The notes under the pieces: generated by a model
What the model was told of the DNA's origin: nothing
Databases searched by the model: none
What the model saw: only the letters and a program-made list of their open reading frames with translations
Position numbers and translations under genes: made by a program
Virus record (IMG/VR): IMGVR_UViG_3300045744_000033
Span: 1 to 57,402 of that record
Reading direction: 5' to 3' (one strand)
DNA: 57,402 nucleotides
Source of the DNA: a virus
Taxonomy: Duplodnaviria > Caudoviricetes
Shown here: piece by piece, positions 1 through 9,888 of the stretch
Numbering within the stretch: position 1 is the first letter of the stretch
Layout: each line of letters begins with the position of its first letter

Positions 1-22
1 GCAGGGAGCGAGCGCGCGGACG
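1..22. repeat. Terminal direct repeat (circular assembly overlap), copy 1
   Basis: gcagggagcgagcgcgcggacg at 1-22 is identical to 57381-57402. Confidence 0.95.
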
Positions 23-576
23 CCGCCGGGGCCGCCGAGGCCGAGGCGGGCCGCCAGGAGCGCGTGACGACCCCCGGCGAGGACCCGGCCGAGCCGGCCG
101 CCGGCGCCGCGGAGTCGCCCGAGGTCGAGGCCGAGAAGCGCCTCCAGGAGGAGACCACCAGGCCGGGCGAGGACCCCGAGGAGCCCGTCGCCAAGTCGAC
201 CGAGGAGGTCGTCGGCGACCTCCTCAAGGCCCAGTTCGGCACCCTCATCAAGTCCGACGAGTTCGGCGAGCTGCTGAAGAGCGTACTCAAGCCGGCGATC
301 GAGGAGACGGTCGAAGCAGCGGTGAAGCCGCTGGAGGACCGGCTCAAGGTCGTCGAGGAGACGCCGCAGCAGGGCGGTCCCCTGCTCAAGGGCCGCAGTG
401 GCAACCAGCACGACTGGCTGCTCGTGCGCCGCGAGGCGCCCGGGGGCGAGTCGACGCCCGAGGAGGACGACCAGTCCCTGCTCAAGGCCCTCGACAAGAT
501 CGAGGACCCGCAGCTGCGCGACCAGGTCGCCCGGGAGTTCGCGCTGAGGAGCCACCCGGCCAAGCGGGCCGAGTAG
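1..576 (+). CDS. C-terminal part of the capsid scaffold-like protein (gene starts at 56460 and wraps the origin; about 498 aa total)
   Basis: In frame with the 56460 ORF across the 22-nt overlap; acidic, coiled-coil-like; immediately upstream of the major capsid gene. Confidence 0.75.
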   Translation, partial: AGSERADAAGAAEAEAGRQERVTTPGEDPAEPAAGAAESPEVEAEKRLQEETTRPGEDPEEPVAKSTEEVVGDLLKAQFGTLIKSDEFGELLKSVLKPAIEETVEAAVKPLEDRLKVVEETPQQGGPLLKGRSGNQHDWLLVRREAPGGESTPEEDDQSLLKALDKIEDPQLRDQVAREFALRSHPAKRAE

Positions 577-683
577 CCGCGCTCGCCCGCCCCGGGACAT
601 CCCCGGGGTAACTGTCCCACCCCGCGACGCAGGGGCTTCGGCCCCCGATGCCGCACACCCTCAAGAAAGGAGAGACCGCTCAC

Positions 684-2192
684 ATGAGCAGCACCGCCGC
701 GCTCGCTGGCGTCACCGAGGAGACCCTCTCGACGCTGTCCGAGCCGATGAAGAAGGCCCTTTCGACCGGCTACACGGTCGGCATGGGGCTCCAGGGCTAC
801 GAGCTCGAGGCGCCCGCCAAGTTCCTCGTCCCCGTCCTCTCCCCGTGGCGCAACCGCGTCCCGCGGAACAAGGCGGTGGTCGGAAGCCAGCTCGCGCACT
901 GGAAGGCCATCACCGGCATCAACGTCGGCAAGGCCAACCCCTCGATCGCCTGGGGCAACCCGGGGGCCGTCGTCCAGACCAACGAGGTGGACTACGCCGC
1001 GGCGTACGCGCCGCTGGCGCTGGGCGACACCGTCCAGATGGACGCCCAGATGCTCGCCCGTGGGTTCGACGACCTGCGCGCGCGGGCCGGCACGAACCTC
1101 CTCTATGCGCTGATGATCGCGGAGGACATCGCGCTCCTGGGCAACCAGAACTTCGCCCTCCAGACGCCGGCGGCGCCGACCGTCACGACCGCCACCACAG
1201 GCGGCTCGATCGGAGCGACGACCGCGGTCCACTTCCGCGTCACGGCGCGCACGATCGAGAACTACTTCTACGGGGGCGGCACGGTGCCGTCGGCGGACGG
1301 CACGGCGACCACCGGCGCCGGGACCACGAACACTGCCTCGGCGACCGTCGCCGCGGTGGCCGGAGCGGTCGCGTACGACTGGTACGCCGGCGCCTCGACC
1401 ACGGCCTACTTCTACGTGGGCACCACGACCACCAACGTCTCGCCGACGCTGACGTCGATGCCCGCCGCGGATGCGGCCGCGACGACCCTCGCCAACTGCG
1501 CGGCCGCGCGAGCAGGAGCGGGCGGCAACATCGCGGCCACTTTCACCGACAGCTCGGCGGACGCCAACGCGTTCAACGGGCTGCTGGCGTCCTGCGCCGG
1601 GGACATCGGCACCAACGGCGTGCCGGTCCAGCGCGGCACCGGGACCAGCTCCGGCGCCATCTTCAAGAGCCTGGACGGGGCGACCCTGACCGGCTCGAAC
1701 GGGACGATCGCGGAGATCGACGCGCAGCTGCTCGCGATCTACAACGCGTCCCGCATCAGCCCGACGCGGATGCTGATGAGCGCCCAGACCCACTTCGACG
1801 TATCCAACAAGATGGTCGCCACCGGCGCCCTGAACACCTTCCTGCAGGGCGAGGACATGCGGTTCCGCCAGGCGGCCACGGGCGGGATCTTCATGACGAA
1901 GTACGTGAACAAGGCGTTCAACGGCTTCCCGATCGAGATGGAGACCATGCCCAACCTGCCGCAGGGCCTCATCGTCATGGTGACCGAGGTCCTGCCCTAC
2001 CCGAACAACGAGGTCAGCTCCGTGTTCGAGGTGGAGACCCAGCAGGAGTACCAGCAGCTCGAGTACGCGATGTCACGCGGCACGGGCTCGACCGGCGGCC
2101 CGCGGTACGACGTGGAGGTTCGCGCCATCGAGGCGTTCAAGAACTACTTCCCGGCAGGCTGCGTGGTCATCTCCAACATCCAGAACGGCTAG
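684..2192 (+). CDS. Major capsid protein with an inserted Thr/Ala-rich beta-sandwich-like domain
   Basis: SD AAGGAG before ATG 684; follows protease and scaffold; followed by a UUCG hairpin; size and position typical of an HK97-fold capsid. Confidence 0.8.
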   Translation: MSSTAALAGVTEETLSTLSEPMKKALSTGYTVGMGLQGYELEAPAKFLVPVLSPWRNRVPRNKAVVGSQLAHWKAITGINVGKANPSIAWGNPGAVVQTNEVDYAAAYAPLALGDTVQMDAQMLARGFDDLRARAGTNLLYALMIAEDIALLGNQNFALQTPAAPTVTTATTGGSIGATTAVHFRVTARTIENYFYGGGTVPSADGTATTGAGTTNTASATVAAVAGAVAYDWYAGASTTAYFYVGTTTTNVSPTLTSMPAADAAATTLANCAAARAGAGGNIAATFTDSSADANAFNGLLASCAGDIGTNGVPVQRGTGTSSGAIFKSLDGATLTGSNGTIAEIDAQLLAIYNASRISPTRMLMSAQTHFDVSNKMVATGALNTFLQGEDMRFRQAATGGIFMTKYVNKAFNGFPIEMETMPNLPQGLIVMVTEVLPYPNNEVSSVFEVETQQEYQQLEYAMSRGTGSTGGPRYDVEVRAIEAFKNYFPAGCVVISNIQNG

Positions 2193-2209
2193 CCCCTTCT
2201 GAGCAACTA

Positions 2210-2235
2210 GGGGGCGGGTTTCGGCCCGCCCCCCC
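2210..2235 (+). terminator. GC hairpin with UUCG loop after the capsid gene
   Basis: gggggcgggt-ttcg-gcccgccccc; no U-tract. Confidence 0.55.
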
Positions 2236-2282
2236 CCCTCATCCCCATCCCAGCCGCAGAGCGGAGGAGGACAGTCCCGCCG

Positions 2283-2741
2283 ATGAGACTCATCAAGCAC
2301 TCAGACGAGAGCGTCGACCGGCTCTCGCACGACGGCTCCGACTACGAGGCGATCGAGGGCGGCGTGTTCCTCGTCCCCGACCATGTCGCCGACGCGCTCC
2401 TCGGGTTCCCGCACTGGAGCGAGCACTTCGAGGAGCTCGGAAAGGCCGGCCAGCGCCGGGTCGCCGCGCTGGCCGAGAGCCTCGAGTCGAAGGACGACGT
2501 CGAGGACCTCGAGGAGGTCGACGACCCCGGTGCGCTCGAAGAGACCGAGGACGAGCTCGGCGAGCACGAGGCGGACGGCGACGCCGAGGAGAAGGTCGGC
2601 CACGAGCACCAGGTCGGCGAGGTCGTCGACATCCGCTCCGACGTCGCACGGGCCGTCCTTCCAGACGCCTCGGCGCCGAAGGCCGCGGAGAAGCCGAGAG
2701 CCACGCGCACAGTTCGCCGGCGCCCCCGCAAGGACTCCTAG
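2283..2741 (+). CDS. Acidic hypothetical virion-module protein
   Basis: SD GGAGGAGG; phage-like codon usage. Confidence 0.7.
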   Translation: MRLIKHSDESVDRLSHDGSDYEAIEGGVFLVPDHVADALLGFPHWSEHFEELGKAGQRRVAALAESLESKDDVEDLEEVDDPGALEETEDELGEHEADGDAEEKVGHEHQVGEVVDIRSDVARAVLPDASAPKAAEKPRATRTVRRRPRKDS

Positions 2742-2750
2742 CCCAAGGGC

Positions 2751-3647
2751 ATGACCCTCTACATCGCGCCGACGGCGGCCGGCCTGCCCAGGACCCCGTA
2801 CCTCACGGTTGCGGAGTACAAGGCGGATCCGGACGCCGTCGACTACAGCTCGCTCGTCCCCGGCGGATCGCCACAGCAGCAGGACGACGCGCTGGCTCAG
2901 CGCATCTGGATGGCGTCGGGTCGGATGGACCGCTTTGTCCACTACGTGCTCGGCGCCACCCAGGACACAGAGATGACGCGGGCTCGCGTGCGCCGCGACG
3001 GAACGGTTCTGGTCCCGACGCGCGGCATGCCGATCCTCGAGATCGACTCCTTTCTGGTCGGCGGCGTCCCCTCGGCCCTCGCCGCCGTGACGACGGCTGC
3101 GGCCGCCGACGCGTGGGTCAGCCGCTGCACGATCCGGATGCCCGTCATCGTCGCGAACTACGTCGCGGCGTTCGGCGTCGGGGACCGCGTCTACTGCCAA
3201 TGGACCTACGTGAACGGGTACCCGAACACGCTATTGGCTGTGGACGCTGCTGCGGGAGCGACCTCGATCATCGTGCAGAGCTCGCTTGGGATCTACCCCG
3301 GGAAGCAGCTGACGATCTACGACCTCGGGATAACGGAGTCGATCACCGTCGCCTCGAGCTACGTCGGAGGGTTCGGCTCGAGCACGACGATCCCTCTTGT
3401 ATCCGGCCTGGTCACGGGGCACTCCGCCGGCGTCGCCGTGAGTGCGTTGCCGAGCGACGTCAAGAAGGCGGCTGTCCTGATGACCACCGCCATGATCAAG
3501 ACTCGAGGCTCCGGCGCGATGGTGATGGAGAGTCTCGACGACGAGCGCCCGGGTCGTTCTGAGACCGGCAGCGCGCTCGAGGAGATCGCCCTCGCCGAGT
3601 CCATGCTCGTGAGCTTCGTCAATCCCTACTTCGCACACGCCGCATGA
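2751..3647 (+). CDS. Head-tail adaptor (gp6/gp15-like) with an inserted beta domain
   Basis: N-terminal YLTVAEYK, C-terminal LPSDVKKAAVL motif typical of head-tail connectors; synteny. Confidence 0.7.
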   Translation: MTLYIAPTAAGLPRTPYLTVAEYKADPDAVDYSSLVPGGSPQQQDDALAQRIWMASGRMDRFVHYVLGATQDTEMTRARVRRDGTVLVPTRGMPILEIDSFLVGGVPSALAAVTTAAAADAWVSRCTIRMPVIVANYVAAFGVGDRVYCQWTYVNGYPNTLLAVDAAAGATSIIVQSSLGIYPGKQLTIYDLGITESITVASSYVGGFGSSTTIPLVSGLVTGHSAGVAVSALPSDVKKAAVLMTTAMIKTRGSGAMVMESLDDERPGRSETGSALEEIALAESMLVSFVNPYFAHAA

Positions 3648-4147
3648 GCCGCAAGGCCGCTCGCAACGCCGTCGCCACCTGGCTCGCGCCGCCCAACGTC
3701 GCCGGGCTCAACACCGTCTACACCGGCGAGCCGCGCCTGGTCCGGGACGAGGACTACATCGCCGGCGTTCAGCCCCCGGTACTCAGCGGCGCGGTCGGCT
3801 TTCCCTTCGTCGAGCGGCAGCACGAGCAGCGCATCGCCGTGGGCGGCGCCACCGGCGGCATGAAGATGATCACCTACGAGCTCGCCTTCGCCGTCCGCTT
3901 CAAGAGCGCCCAGAAGAAGGGCGAGGACGCCGACGACGACCACGACTCGGTGATCGACGCCGTGGTCGCGCGTATCCGGAGCGACCGAACCTTGGGCGGT
4001 GCCTTCTGGCAGGCGGGCGAGGGCGACACTCGGTTCGGCCAGGACATCGATGTCGTCTCGGGCACCCCGAAGCAGCGGACGAAGGACGGCCCGATCATCA
4101 TCTGGTCGGTCGTCCGCTTCAAGGCAATCGAGATGGTGTCGACCTGA
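3644..4147 (+). CDS. Tail terminator/tail completion protein
   Basis: Size and position; DAVVARIRSDRTLGG motif; ATGA overlap. Confidence 0.6.
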   Translation: MSRKAARNAVATWLAPPNVAGLNTVYTGEPRLVRDEDYIAGVQPPVLSGAVGFPFVERQHEQRIAVGGATGGMKMITYELAFAVRFKSAQKKGEDADDDHDSVIDAVVARIRSDRTLGGAFWQAGEGDTRFGQDIDVVSGTPKQRTKDGPIIIWSVVRFKAIEMVST

Positions 4148-4500
4148 TGTCGAGCATCAAGCGGCACCTCGAGCATGTTGCGCGGCGACCGCACAAGCTC
4201 AGCGCGGCCGTCAAGGAGAAGATGGCGGCCGCTCGCAAGCTCCACCCGCGGCACCTGAGCGCAGAGCAGAAACAGCACCTCCGCCAGGCTCTGGCGAAGT
4301 GGCGCGCCGGCCTGACGGCGGCCCAGAAAGAGCAGCTTCGAGCGCGCCTCAAGGCCCACCACCACCATCTCACCGCAGCCGAGAAGGCCAAGCTGATCGC
4401 CCGTCTCAAGGCTCACCACCACAAGCTCAGCGCGCAGACGCGCGCGAAGATCGCCGCCCGCCTCCGCGGGCGACACATTTTCCGCCGCCGCCGGCCCTAG
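4147..4500 (+). CDS. Highly basic His/Lys/Arg-rich repeat protein (NUMOD3-like repeats)
   Basis: Five L(S/T)A-x-x-(K/R) repeats such as HKLSAQTRAKIAARLRGR. Confidence 0.65.
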   Translation: MSSIKRHLEHVARRPHKLSAAVKEKMAAARKLHPRHLSAEQKQHLRQALAKWRAGLTAAQKEQLRARLKAHHHHLTAAEKAKLIARLKAHHHKLSAQTRAKIAARLRGRHIFRRRRP

Positions 4501-4536
4501 CGCCGAGCTCCACGCCGAAGGAGGCCTGCTCCCCTC

Positions 4537-4815
4537 ATGCCCAAGGACAAGTACGTCTACCGCTTCACCGGGGAGTACGGCCCCGAGCAGTTCCTCGCCT
4601 TCGGCCACCTCGAGCCGGGCGCTGTCGTCGAGAGCGACGAGCCGGTCGAGCACGCGCGGCTGAAGCTCCTGTCGGGGCCAGACAAGGAGCCGCGCCCGAC
4701 GAAGCCGCGGGCAAGCCGGCCCCGTCTCGCACAGACGCCGGTCGAGCCTGAGCCGGCGAAATCCCTCGCCCCCAGCCCCGAGTCGCCGCAATCCGCGGCC
4801 CAGGAGGAGAAGTAG
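4537..4815 (+). CDS. Hypothetical protein
   Basis: SD AAGGAGG; sits just before the tail tube gene. Confidence 0.65.
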   Translation: MPKDKYVYRFTGEYGPEQFLAFGHLEPGAVVESDEPVEHARLKLLSGPDKEPRPTKPRASRPRLAQTPVEPEPAKSLAPSPESPQSAAQEEK

Positions 4816-4819
4816 GCAG

Positions 4820-5989
4820 ATGGCAGTCGCTACCGATCTGAGCTTCCTCGGGATCGCCAAGGAGGCGGTCCGCGGCACCGTCGTCGCTCCGACCGTCTTC
4901 ATTCCCGTGAAAACGATCACGCCGCTCGACGAGATCAAGTACCTCCAGGTGAACGCCTTCAAGGGCGCCATGGCCGAGGACTACGGCGAGGTCCCCGGGC
5001 CGGCGAACTCGACATTCGAAGTCGGGGGTCCGCTCTTCGTGGACACGTTCCCGTGGTTCCTGGGAGGCCTCCTCGGCGACCTGACCACGCTCGCCTCGCG
5101 GACCGTCGCGGACGGCGCCACGACCAACGCCAGCCAGACGGTGACGTCGGCCACGGCGAACTTCACCCAGAACGACGTTGGCCGGCCGATCTCCGGCACC
5201 AACATCCCGGCCGGCGCTACGATCGCGAGCGTCACCAACGCGACGACCGCAACCATCTCAGTGAACGCGACGGGGACCGGCTCAGCGCTCAGCATCACGA
5301 TCGGGGCGGTCGGCCTCTTTTCGAACATCTTTGCGTTGCTGAACTCCGGTCAGCCGACCAGCCACACGGTCACGGACTTCTATGGCGTGACGCAGGCCCG
5401 CTCCTATCCGGGCACGCAGTGGCAGGAGGTGGAGGTCAAGTTCACCTCCGATGGGCTGCTCGAGTACACCGCCAAGGGCACGGGCTGGCCGAGCTCGCAG
5501 GTGGCGAAGCCAGCGGCGAGCTTCTCGACGGTGCTACCGCTGCCGGCGTGGACCGGCACCGTGACGATCGGAGGGACGGTCGTCGTCAAGCTCATGGAGG
5601 GGACCTTCACCTTCACCCGGAAGGTGGAGAAGATCTTTGCCCTGGACGGCCTGCAGGGGCCGACGCAGATCTTCCTCGGCACGCTCGGCGTCAAGGGCAA
5701 GGTCAACCTCTTCGTCGACGACGACACCGAGCTCACGCGCTACCTCACGAACACGCAACCGTCGTTCGACGTCTCCTTCGTCTCTGGCTCGGGCGCGTCA
5801 CTGCAGCAGGTCCGCCTGCACTTCAACCAGGCCGCGTACGTGAAGGCGCAGCCCAACCGCTCGAAGATCTTCACCGCGGTCGATGTCGAGTTCAACGCGG
5901 TCGCGAACGCGACCGACGTCGGGTCGTCCGGCGGCTTCTCGCCGACCAAGGCCTTCTTCCAGAACGCGATCAACGGCGGGTACGTCTAA
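4820..5989 (+). CDS. Major tail tube protein with an inserted small beta domain
   Basis: SD AGGAGG; N-terminal FLGIAKE motif; upstream of chaperones and tape measure. Confidence 0.8.
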   Translation: MAVATDLSFLGIAKEAVRGTVVAPTVFIPVKTITPLDEIKYLQVNAFKGAMAEDYGEVPGPANSTFEVGGPLFVDTFPWFLGGLLGDLTTLASRTVADGATTNASQTVTSATANFTQNDVGRPISGTNIPAGATIASVTNATTATISVNATGTGSALSITIGAVGLFSNIFALLNSGQPTSHTVTDFYGVTQARSYPGTQWQEVEVKFTSDGLLEYTAKGTGWPSSQVAKPAASFSTVLPLPAWTGTVTIGGTVVVKLMEGTFTFTRKVEKIFALDGLQGPTQIFLGTLGVKGKVNLFVDDDTELTRYLTNTQPSFDVSFVSGSGASLQQVRLHFNQAAYVKAQPNRSKIFTAVDVEFNAVANATDVGSSGGFSPTKAFFQNAINGGYV

Positions 5990-6559
5990 GTGCCGCGCCT
6001 GGAACTTTCCGGCGGAAACTGGGCCGAGCTTGTCGACATCTCGGAGATCACCGAACGGCGGCGCCGCCCCATGCTGGCGGCGCTGGCCAGGATCTCCAGG
6101 GACGGTCGCGACCTGCTTCAGGCGCAGTCACTCCTCAAGCTGGCGGTTGGACGCCGAGCCGCCGCGGAGGCGGACGGCGACGAGGAGGCGGTCGCATCAG
6201 CCAACATGACGGTCGAGGTCCTTCGCGCCGAGATGGAGGGCAAGGACTTCACGCCCGGCGACCTCGACGTGTTCAACGAGCTCAACGACCTCTGCATCGT
6301 CGCCATGGTCCGGGAGTGGTCCTTTCCTGAGCCCGTGAGCGTCGAGACGGTGGTGGACCGCAAGGCACCCGACTTCAACGCCCTCCGGGAGGCATGCGCC
6401 CCCGCGGTGCAGTCGCTCTATGTCGACTTCTCGGCCGACAAGGACCCGGATTCCCCTACTTCGCCCTCGAGCGCATCCGCTGGGCACTCGAGGGAAAGCC
6501 GGTCGACGAGCGGATCCCCCTCCATCCCGAGTTCCGAACCTACCGCCTCCTCCGAATAG
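5990..6559 (+). CDS. Tail assembly chaperone (G-like)
   Basis: Between tail tube and tape measure; VREWSF motif; Ser-rich low-complexity tail beyond the putative shift site. Confidence 0.75.
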   Translation: MPRLELSGGNWAELVDISEITERRRRPMLAALARISRDGRDLLQAQSLLKLAVGRRAAAEADGDEEAVASANMTVEVLRAEMEGKDFTPGDLDVFNELNDLCIVAMVREWSFPEPVSVETVVDRKAPDFNALREACAPAVQSLYVDFSADKDPDSPTSPSSASAGHSRESRSTSGSPSIPSSEPTASSE

Positions 6560-6663
6560 GCCTGTCTCTCGAGCAGATCGATAGCGTGCCGGCTCACCGG
6601 CTCGACTGGCTGCTCGCCATCGACGGCGTCGTGCGGGCTGTGGAGAGCAAGCGGGAGCCGTGA
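6451..6663 (+). CDS. Tail assembly chaperone extension (T-like), probably reached by -1 frameshift
   Basis: Open -1 frame (YFALERIRWAL...RLDWLLAIDG) without a good start; overlaps the end of the G gene near TCCCCTAC. Confidence 0.6.
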   Translation, partial: FPYFALERIRWALEGKPVDERIPLHPEFRTYRLLRIGLSLEQIDSVPAHRLDWLLAIDGVVRAVESKREP

Positions 6664-6664
6664 C

Positions 6665-7078
6665 ATGCCGATGACCTGGCGCGGCCGGAGCGAATTCGAC
6701 GCCGCGCTCAAGGCGCTAGAGGCGTCGATGCTCGCCGCCACGCGACTCGGCCTGGCCGACGCGGCGGCCGCTGTCGTGCGCCACGCCCAGGAGCACGCGA
6801 GCGGGCGGCCGGGACCCGACGTCGTCAGCGGAACCCTCCGACGAGGCATCCAGATGGGCCCCATCGAGGCCCTCGGCGCCATGGGCTGGCAGGTGGAGGT
6901 CGGCCCCACCGTCGTCTACTCGCGACGGATCGAGCTTGGATTCCACGGCGTCGACTCGCTCGGGCGGTCCTACGACCAGCCCGGTTACCCCTTCTTCGAA
7001 CCCGGCTACAGGGAGGTCGAGCCCGAGTTGGAGCGCACCTTCACGTCTCGCTGGGCTGTCGCCCTGGAAGCGGTCTGA
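6665..7078 (+). CDS. HK97 gp10-like neck/tail component
   Basis: SGTLRRGI, VYSRRIELG and YPFFEPG motifs. Confidence 0.75.
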   Translation: MPMTWRGRSEFDAALKALEASMLAATRLGLADAAAAVVRHAQEHASGRPGPDVVSGTLRRGIQMGPIEALGAMGWQVEVGPTVVYSRRIELGFHGVDSLGRSYDQPGYPFFEPGYREVEPELERTFTSRWAVALEAV

Positions 7079-9888
7079 TGCTGCCCCCCGTCGTCGCCGT
7101 CCTGGCGGCCGACATCACGCCCTTTACCGCCGGGCTGGCCGCCGTCCGCGGAGAGATGGACGTCACGGCCGAGGAGAGCTCCGCCAAGTTCCTCGGCATC
7201 GAGGGTGCTGCGCGCGCGGCCGGGCTCGCCGTGGCCGCCATCGGCGGCGCAGCGGTCGTAGGTGGCCTGATCGCGGTCACGAAGGAGGCCGCCCAGTTCC
7301 AGCAGGAGATGGAGCTGGTCCACACTCAGGCCGGCGCCTCCCAGGACGAGGTCGACCGGATGTCGAACTCGATCCTCCAGATGGCCGGCGCCCTCGGGTC
7401 GACACCCGAGCAGCTCGCGGCGTCCCTCTACCACGTCGAATCGGCGGGTTTCCGCAGCACACAGGCCCTGCAGATGGTCCAGGCGGCCGCCGAGCTGGCG
7501 AAGGTCGGCAACGCCGACTTCGACTCCACCACCCAGGCCGTGATCGCGTCCATGGCCGCCTACGCCGACCAGGGCATGACCGCGGCTCAGGCGATCGCCA
7601 TCCTGAACGCCACGGTCGGTTCCGGGGACATGCGCATGCAGGGGTTCGCGACCTCGATGGGGAGCGGCATCCTGGCCAGCGCGCGAACCTTCGGCCTCTC
7701 GCTCAAGGACGTCGGTGCCGCCATGGCGACGCTGACCGACAACGCGACCCCGCCCGAGGAGGCGGCGACGCGACTGCGCATGACGTTCTCGATGATGGGG
7801 GCGCCGAGCCAGGCGGCGGTCAAGGCGTTCAATGCGATCGGTCTCAACGCGACGTCGCTCGCCGACGACATGCGCAAGCCGGACGGCCTGCTAGTCGCCG
7901 TACAGGACCTCCAGGCGCACCTGAGCCAGATCGATACCTCGCAGCTGCAGGGCGGTCTCGACGAGGCGAAGGCCGACATGGAGAAGTTCGGTTTCACCAC
8001 CGACCAGATCAACCAGATGGTCAGCAAGCTGGGCCCGACCGCGACCGAGCAGGCGGTGATTCTGGCCCGCGCCTTCGGGGGCGGCCGCACCTCGGGAGCC
8101 ATCCTCACCCTCCTCTCGGAGTCGGACCGCCTCAAGCAGAAGTACGCCGACATTACGGCACAGGCGGCCAACTTCGAAGATGACTGGACGAAGACGACGC
8201 AGACCGTCGCCTTCGACTGGAGCGGCTTCGTCGCCGAGATCGAGGCGGACGGGACCCGCGTCGGGAACGTCGTGCTGCCCGAGGTCGGAGCTGCACTCCG
8301 CGACCTCACCGGGTTCATCCACGATGCGGCCAGCGCGGCGGACCAGCTGCCGGCGCACCTGGCGCCGATCGAGACCGCGGCGAGCACCATCGTCGACCTA
8401 TTCACGAAGTCAGACACGACCCCCGATTTGGTCCACCAGACGCAGGCCCCGGTGCACGGCCTGCTCTCGGGCGACGAGCGACCGGTCGGACCGATCAGCC
8501 AGAGCACGCAGATGCTCCTCGCTGGCCACGTGCTCGGCGAGGGCCTCATGAATGGCGTGCGCGACGCCCTGACCGCCGGTGGTGGCCTCGCGAAGACCGT
8601 CGCGACTGCGGTCGCGTCGCTCGATTGGGATGCCATCGGCCAGGACGCCGGCAACGCAGCCTTTCCGTTCTTCGTCGGGTTCATGAACACGCTCTTTTCG
8701 GGTGTCGTCGCTGAGATCCAGCGGCATCCGGTCGAGTCGATCGCGGCCGTCCTGGCGGTCGCCTTCGCGCCGGAGCGTCTTCTTGGTCCGGCGTTGGACG
8801 CGATCAAGGGGATCCCGATCGCTGGTCCCATCTTCGACGCGCTGTTCGGAAACCTACTGCGCGGTATCAACAAGGCCGGGGGGCCCGGACGCGACCTGAT
8901 CGCGAATCTCGTCGCGACCGTCTTCGAGGGCTTTGGCCAGGGTCTCATGCGCGAGGACGGGGCCGTGCTCGTCGCGACGCGAGCCATGCTTCAGGGCGCC
9001 GTCCACACTCTGGAGGATTTTCAGACGTCCGCCTACGTCTACGCGGATGACGCCGCCAAGGCGTTCGGCCGTGGGATCGGAAGCGGCTTCGATCGCGAGG
9101 TGCTGGGGCCACTCCGCGGCATCGTTCGAGACGCCGACACGATCCTCGGGTACCTAATCGGCCGGGCCGGCGAGATCGGAGGGGACGCCATGCGGGCCTT
9201 CGGCACCGAGGTCGACGCGGTCTGGGAGGCGTGGGGCGGCCACAACCTGCCGGTGCTGGTCGACGAATTCCAGGGCTTCTTTCGCGGACTTCCGAACTGG
9301 ATGCTCGACCAGGGCGGCATGGTCCTCGACGGCCTCCGGGAAGGCGTCGAGGAGCGGATCCCCGCGCTCTACGCGCGCCTCGACTCCTTCATCAACGACC
9401 TCGAGGCGCCCTTCGTCGGCCTGTACTCGATCCTCTACGAGGCGGGCGCCTCGGCCATGCAGGGACTCCTCGACGGCCTGTCCGGAGGCGCCTGGTCAGA
9501 CGTCCAGGGTTTCGTGACTCAGATCGCGGGGTGGATCGCAGCTCACAAGGGACCGATCGAGCGCGACCGCGAGCTCCTCCAACCGCACGGCGAAGCCTTC
9601 ATGGAGGGGCTCCACCACGGCCTGACCCGCGGCTTTGACCAGGTCCAGGGACTCGTCCAAGGCATGGCGCAGCGCGTCAGCGACGCGGCCTCCATCCAGG
9701 CTGATCGGCTGCCGGTCACCGGTGTGGCAGCGGGTGGCCGCGGAGGCGCCTCACGTTCGTCCGCCGGGTCGGCACCGGCGGTCGCCGGAACGGCCCCCGT
9801 GATCAACATAACGATCAACGGCGTCAGCAATCCCATCCTCGCCGGCGTCGAGGTCCAGAACCGGCTGGCCAAGCTCCTCGCCACGTGA
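7078..9888 (+). CDS. Tape measure protein (TP901-like core)
   Basis: 936 aa, helical, Ala/Gly-rich; GEAFMEGL motif near the C terminus. Confidence 0.9.
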   Translation: MLPPVVAVLAADITPFTAGLAAVRGEMDVTAEESSAKFLGIEGAARAAGLAVAAIGGAAVVGGLIAVTKEAAQFQQEMELVHTQAGASQDEVDRMSNSILQMAGALGSTPEQLAASLYHVESAGFRSTQALQMVQAAAELAKVGNADFDSTTQAVIASMAAYADQGMTAAQAIAILNATVGSGDMRMQGFATSMGSGILASARTFGLSLKDVGAAMATLTDNATPPEEAATRLRMTFSMMGAPSQAAVKAFNAIGLNATSLADDMRKPDGLLVAVQDLQAHLSQIDTSQLQGGLDEAKADMEKFGFTTDQINQMVSKLGPTATEQAVILARAFGGGRTSGAILTLLSESDRLKQKYADITAQAANFEDDWTKTTQTVAFDWSGFVAEIEADGTRVGNVVLPEVGAALRDLTGFIHDAASAADQLPAHLAPIETAASTIVDLFTKSDTTPDLVHQTQAPVHGLLSGDERPVGPISQSTQMLLAGHVLGEGLMNGVRDALTAGGGLAKTVATAVASLDWDAIGQDAGNAAFPFFVGFMNTLFSGVVAEIQRHPVESIAAVLAVAFAPERLLGPALDAIKGIPIAGPIFDALFGNLLRGINKAGGPGRDLIANLVATVFEGFGQGLMREDGAVLVATRAMLQGAVHTLEDFQTSAYVYADDAAKAFGRGIGSGFDREVLGPLRGIVRDADTILGYLIGRAGEIGGDAMRAFGTEVDAVWEAWGGHNLPVLVDEFQGFFRGLPNWMLDQGGMVLDGLREGVEERIPALYARLDSFINDLEAPFVGLYSILYEAGASAMQGLLDGLSGGAWSDVQGFVTQIAGWIAAHKGPIERDRELLQPHGEAFMEGLHHGLTRGFDQVQGLVQGMAQRVSDAASIQADRLPVTGVAAGGRGGASRSSAGSAPAVAGTAPVINITINGVSNPILAGVEVQNRLAKLLAT

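Noticed and set aside
1-22. Terminal repeat as a biological direct terminal repeat or att site
   Set aside because: Lies inside a coding frame and has the length of an assembler overlap; it indicates circularity only
845-3562. 905-aa alternative-frame ORF and other long overlapping or antisense ORFs (e.g. 11220-13907, 27249-29627, 50445-53222)
   Set aside because: Arg/Gly/Pro-rich shadow frames caused by high GC3; they overlap well-supported genes
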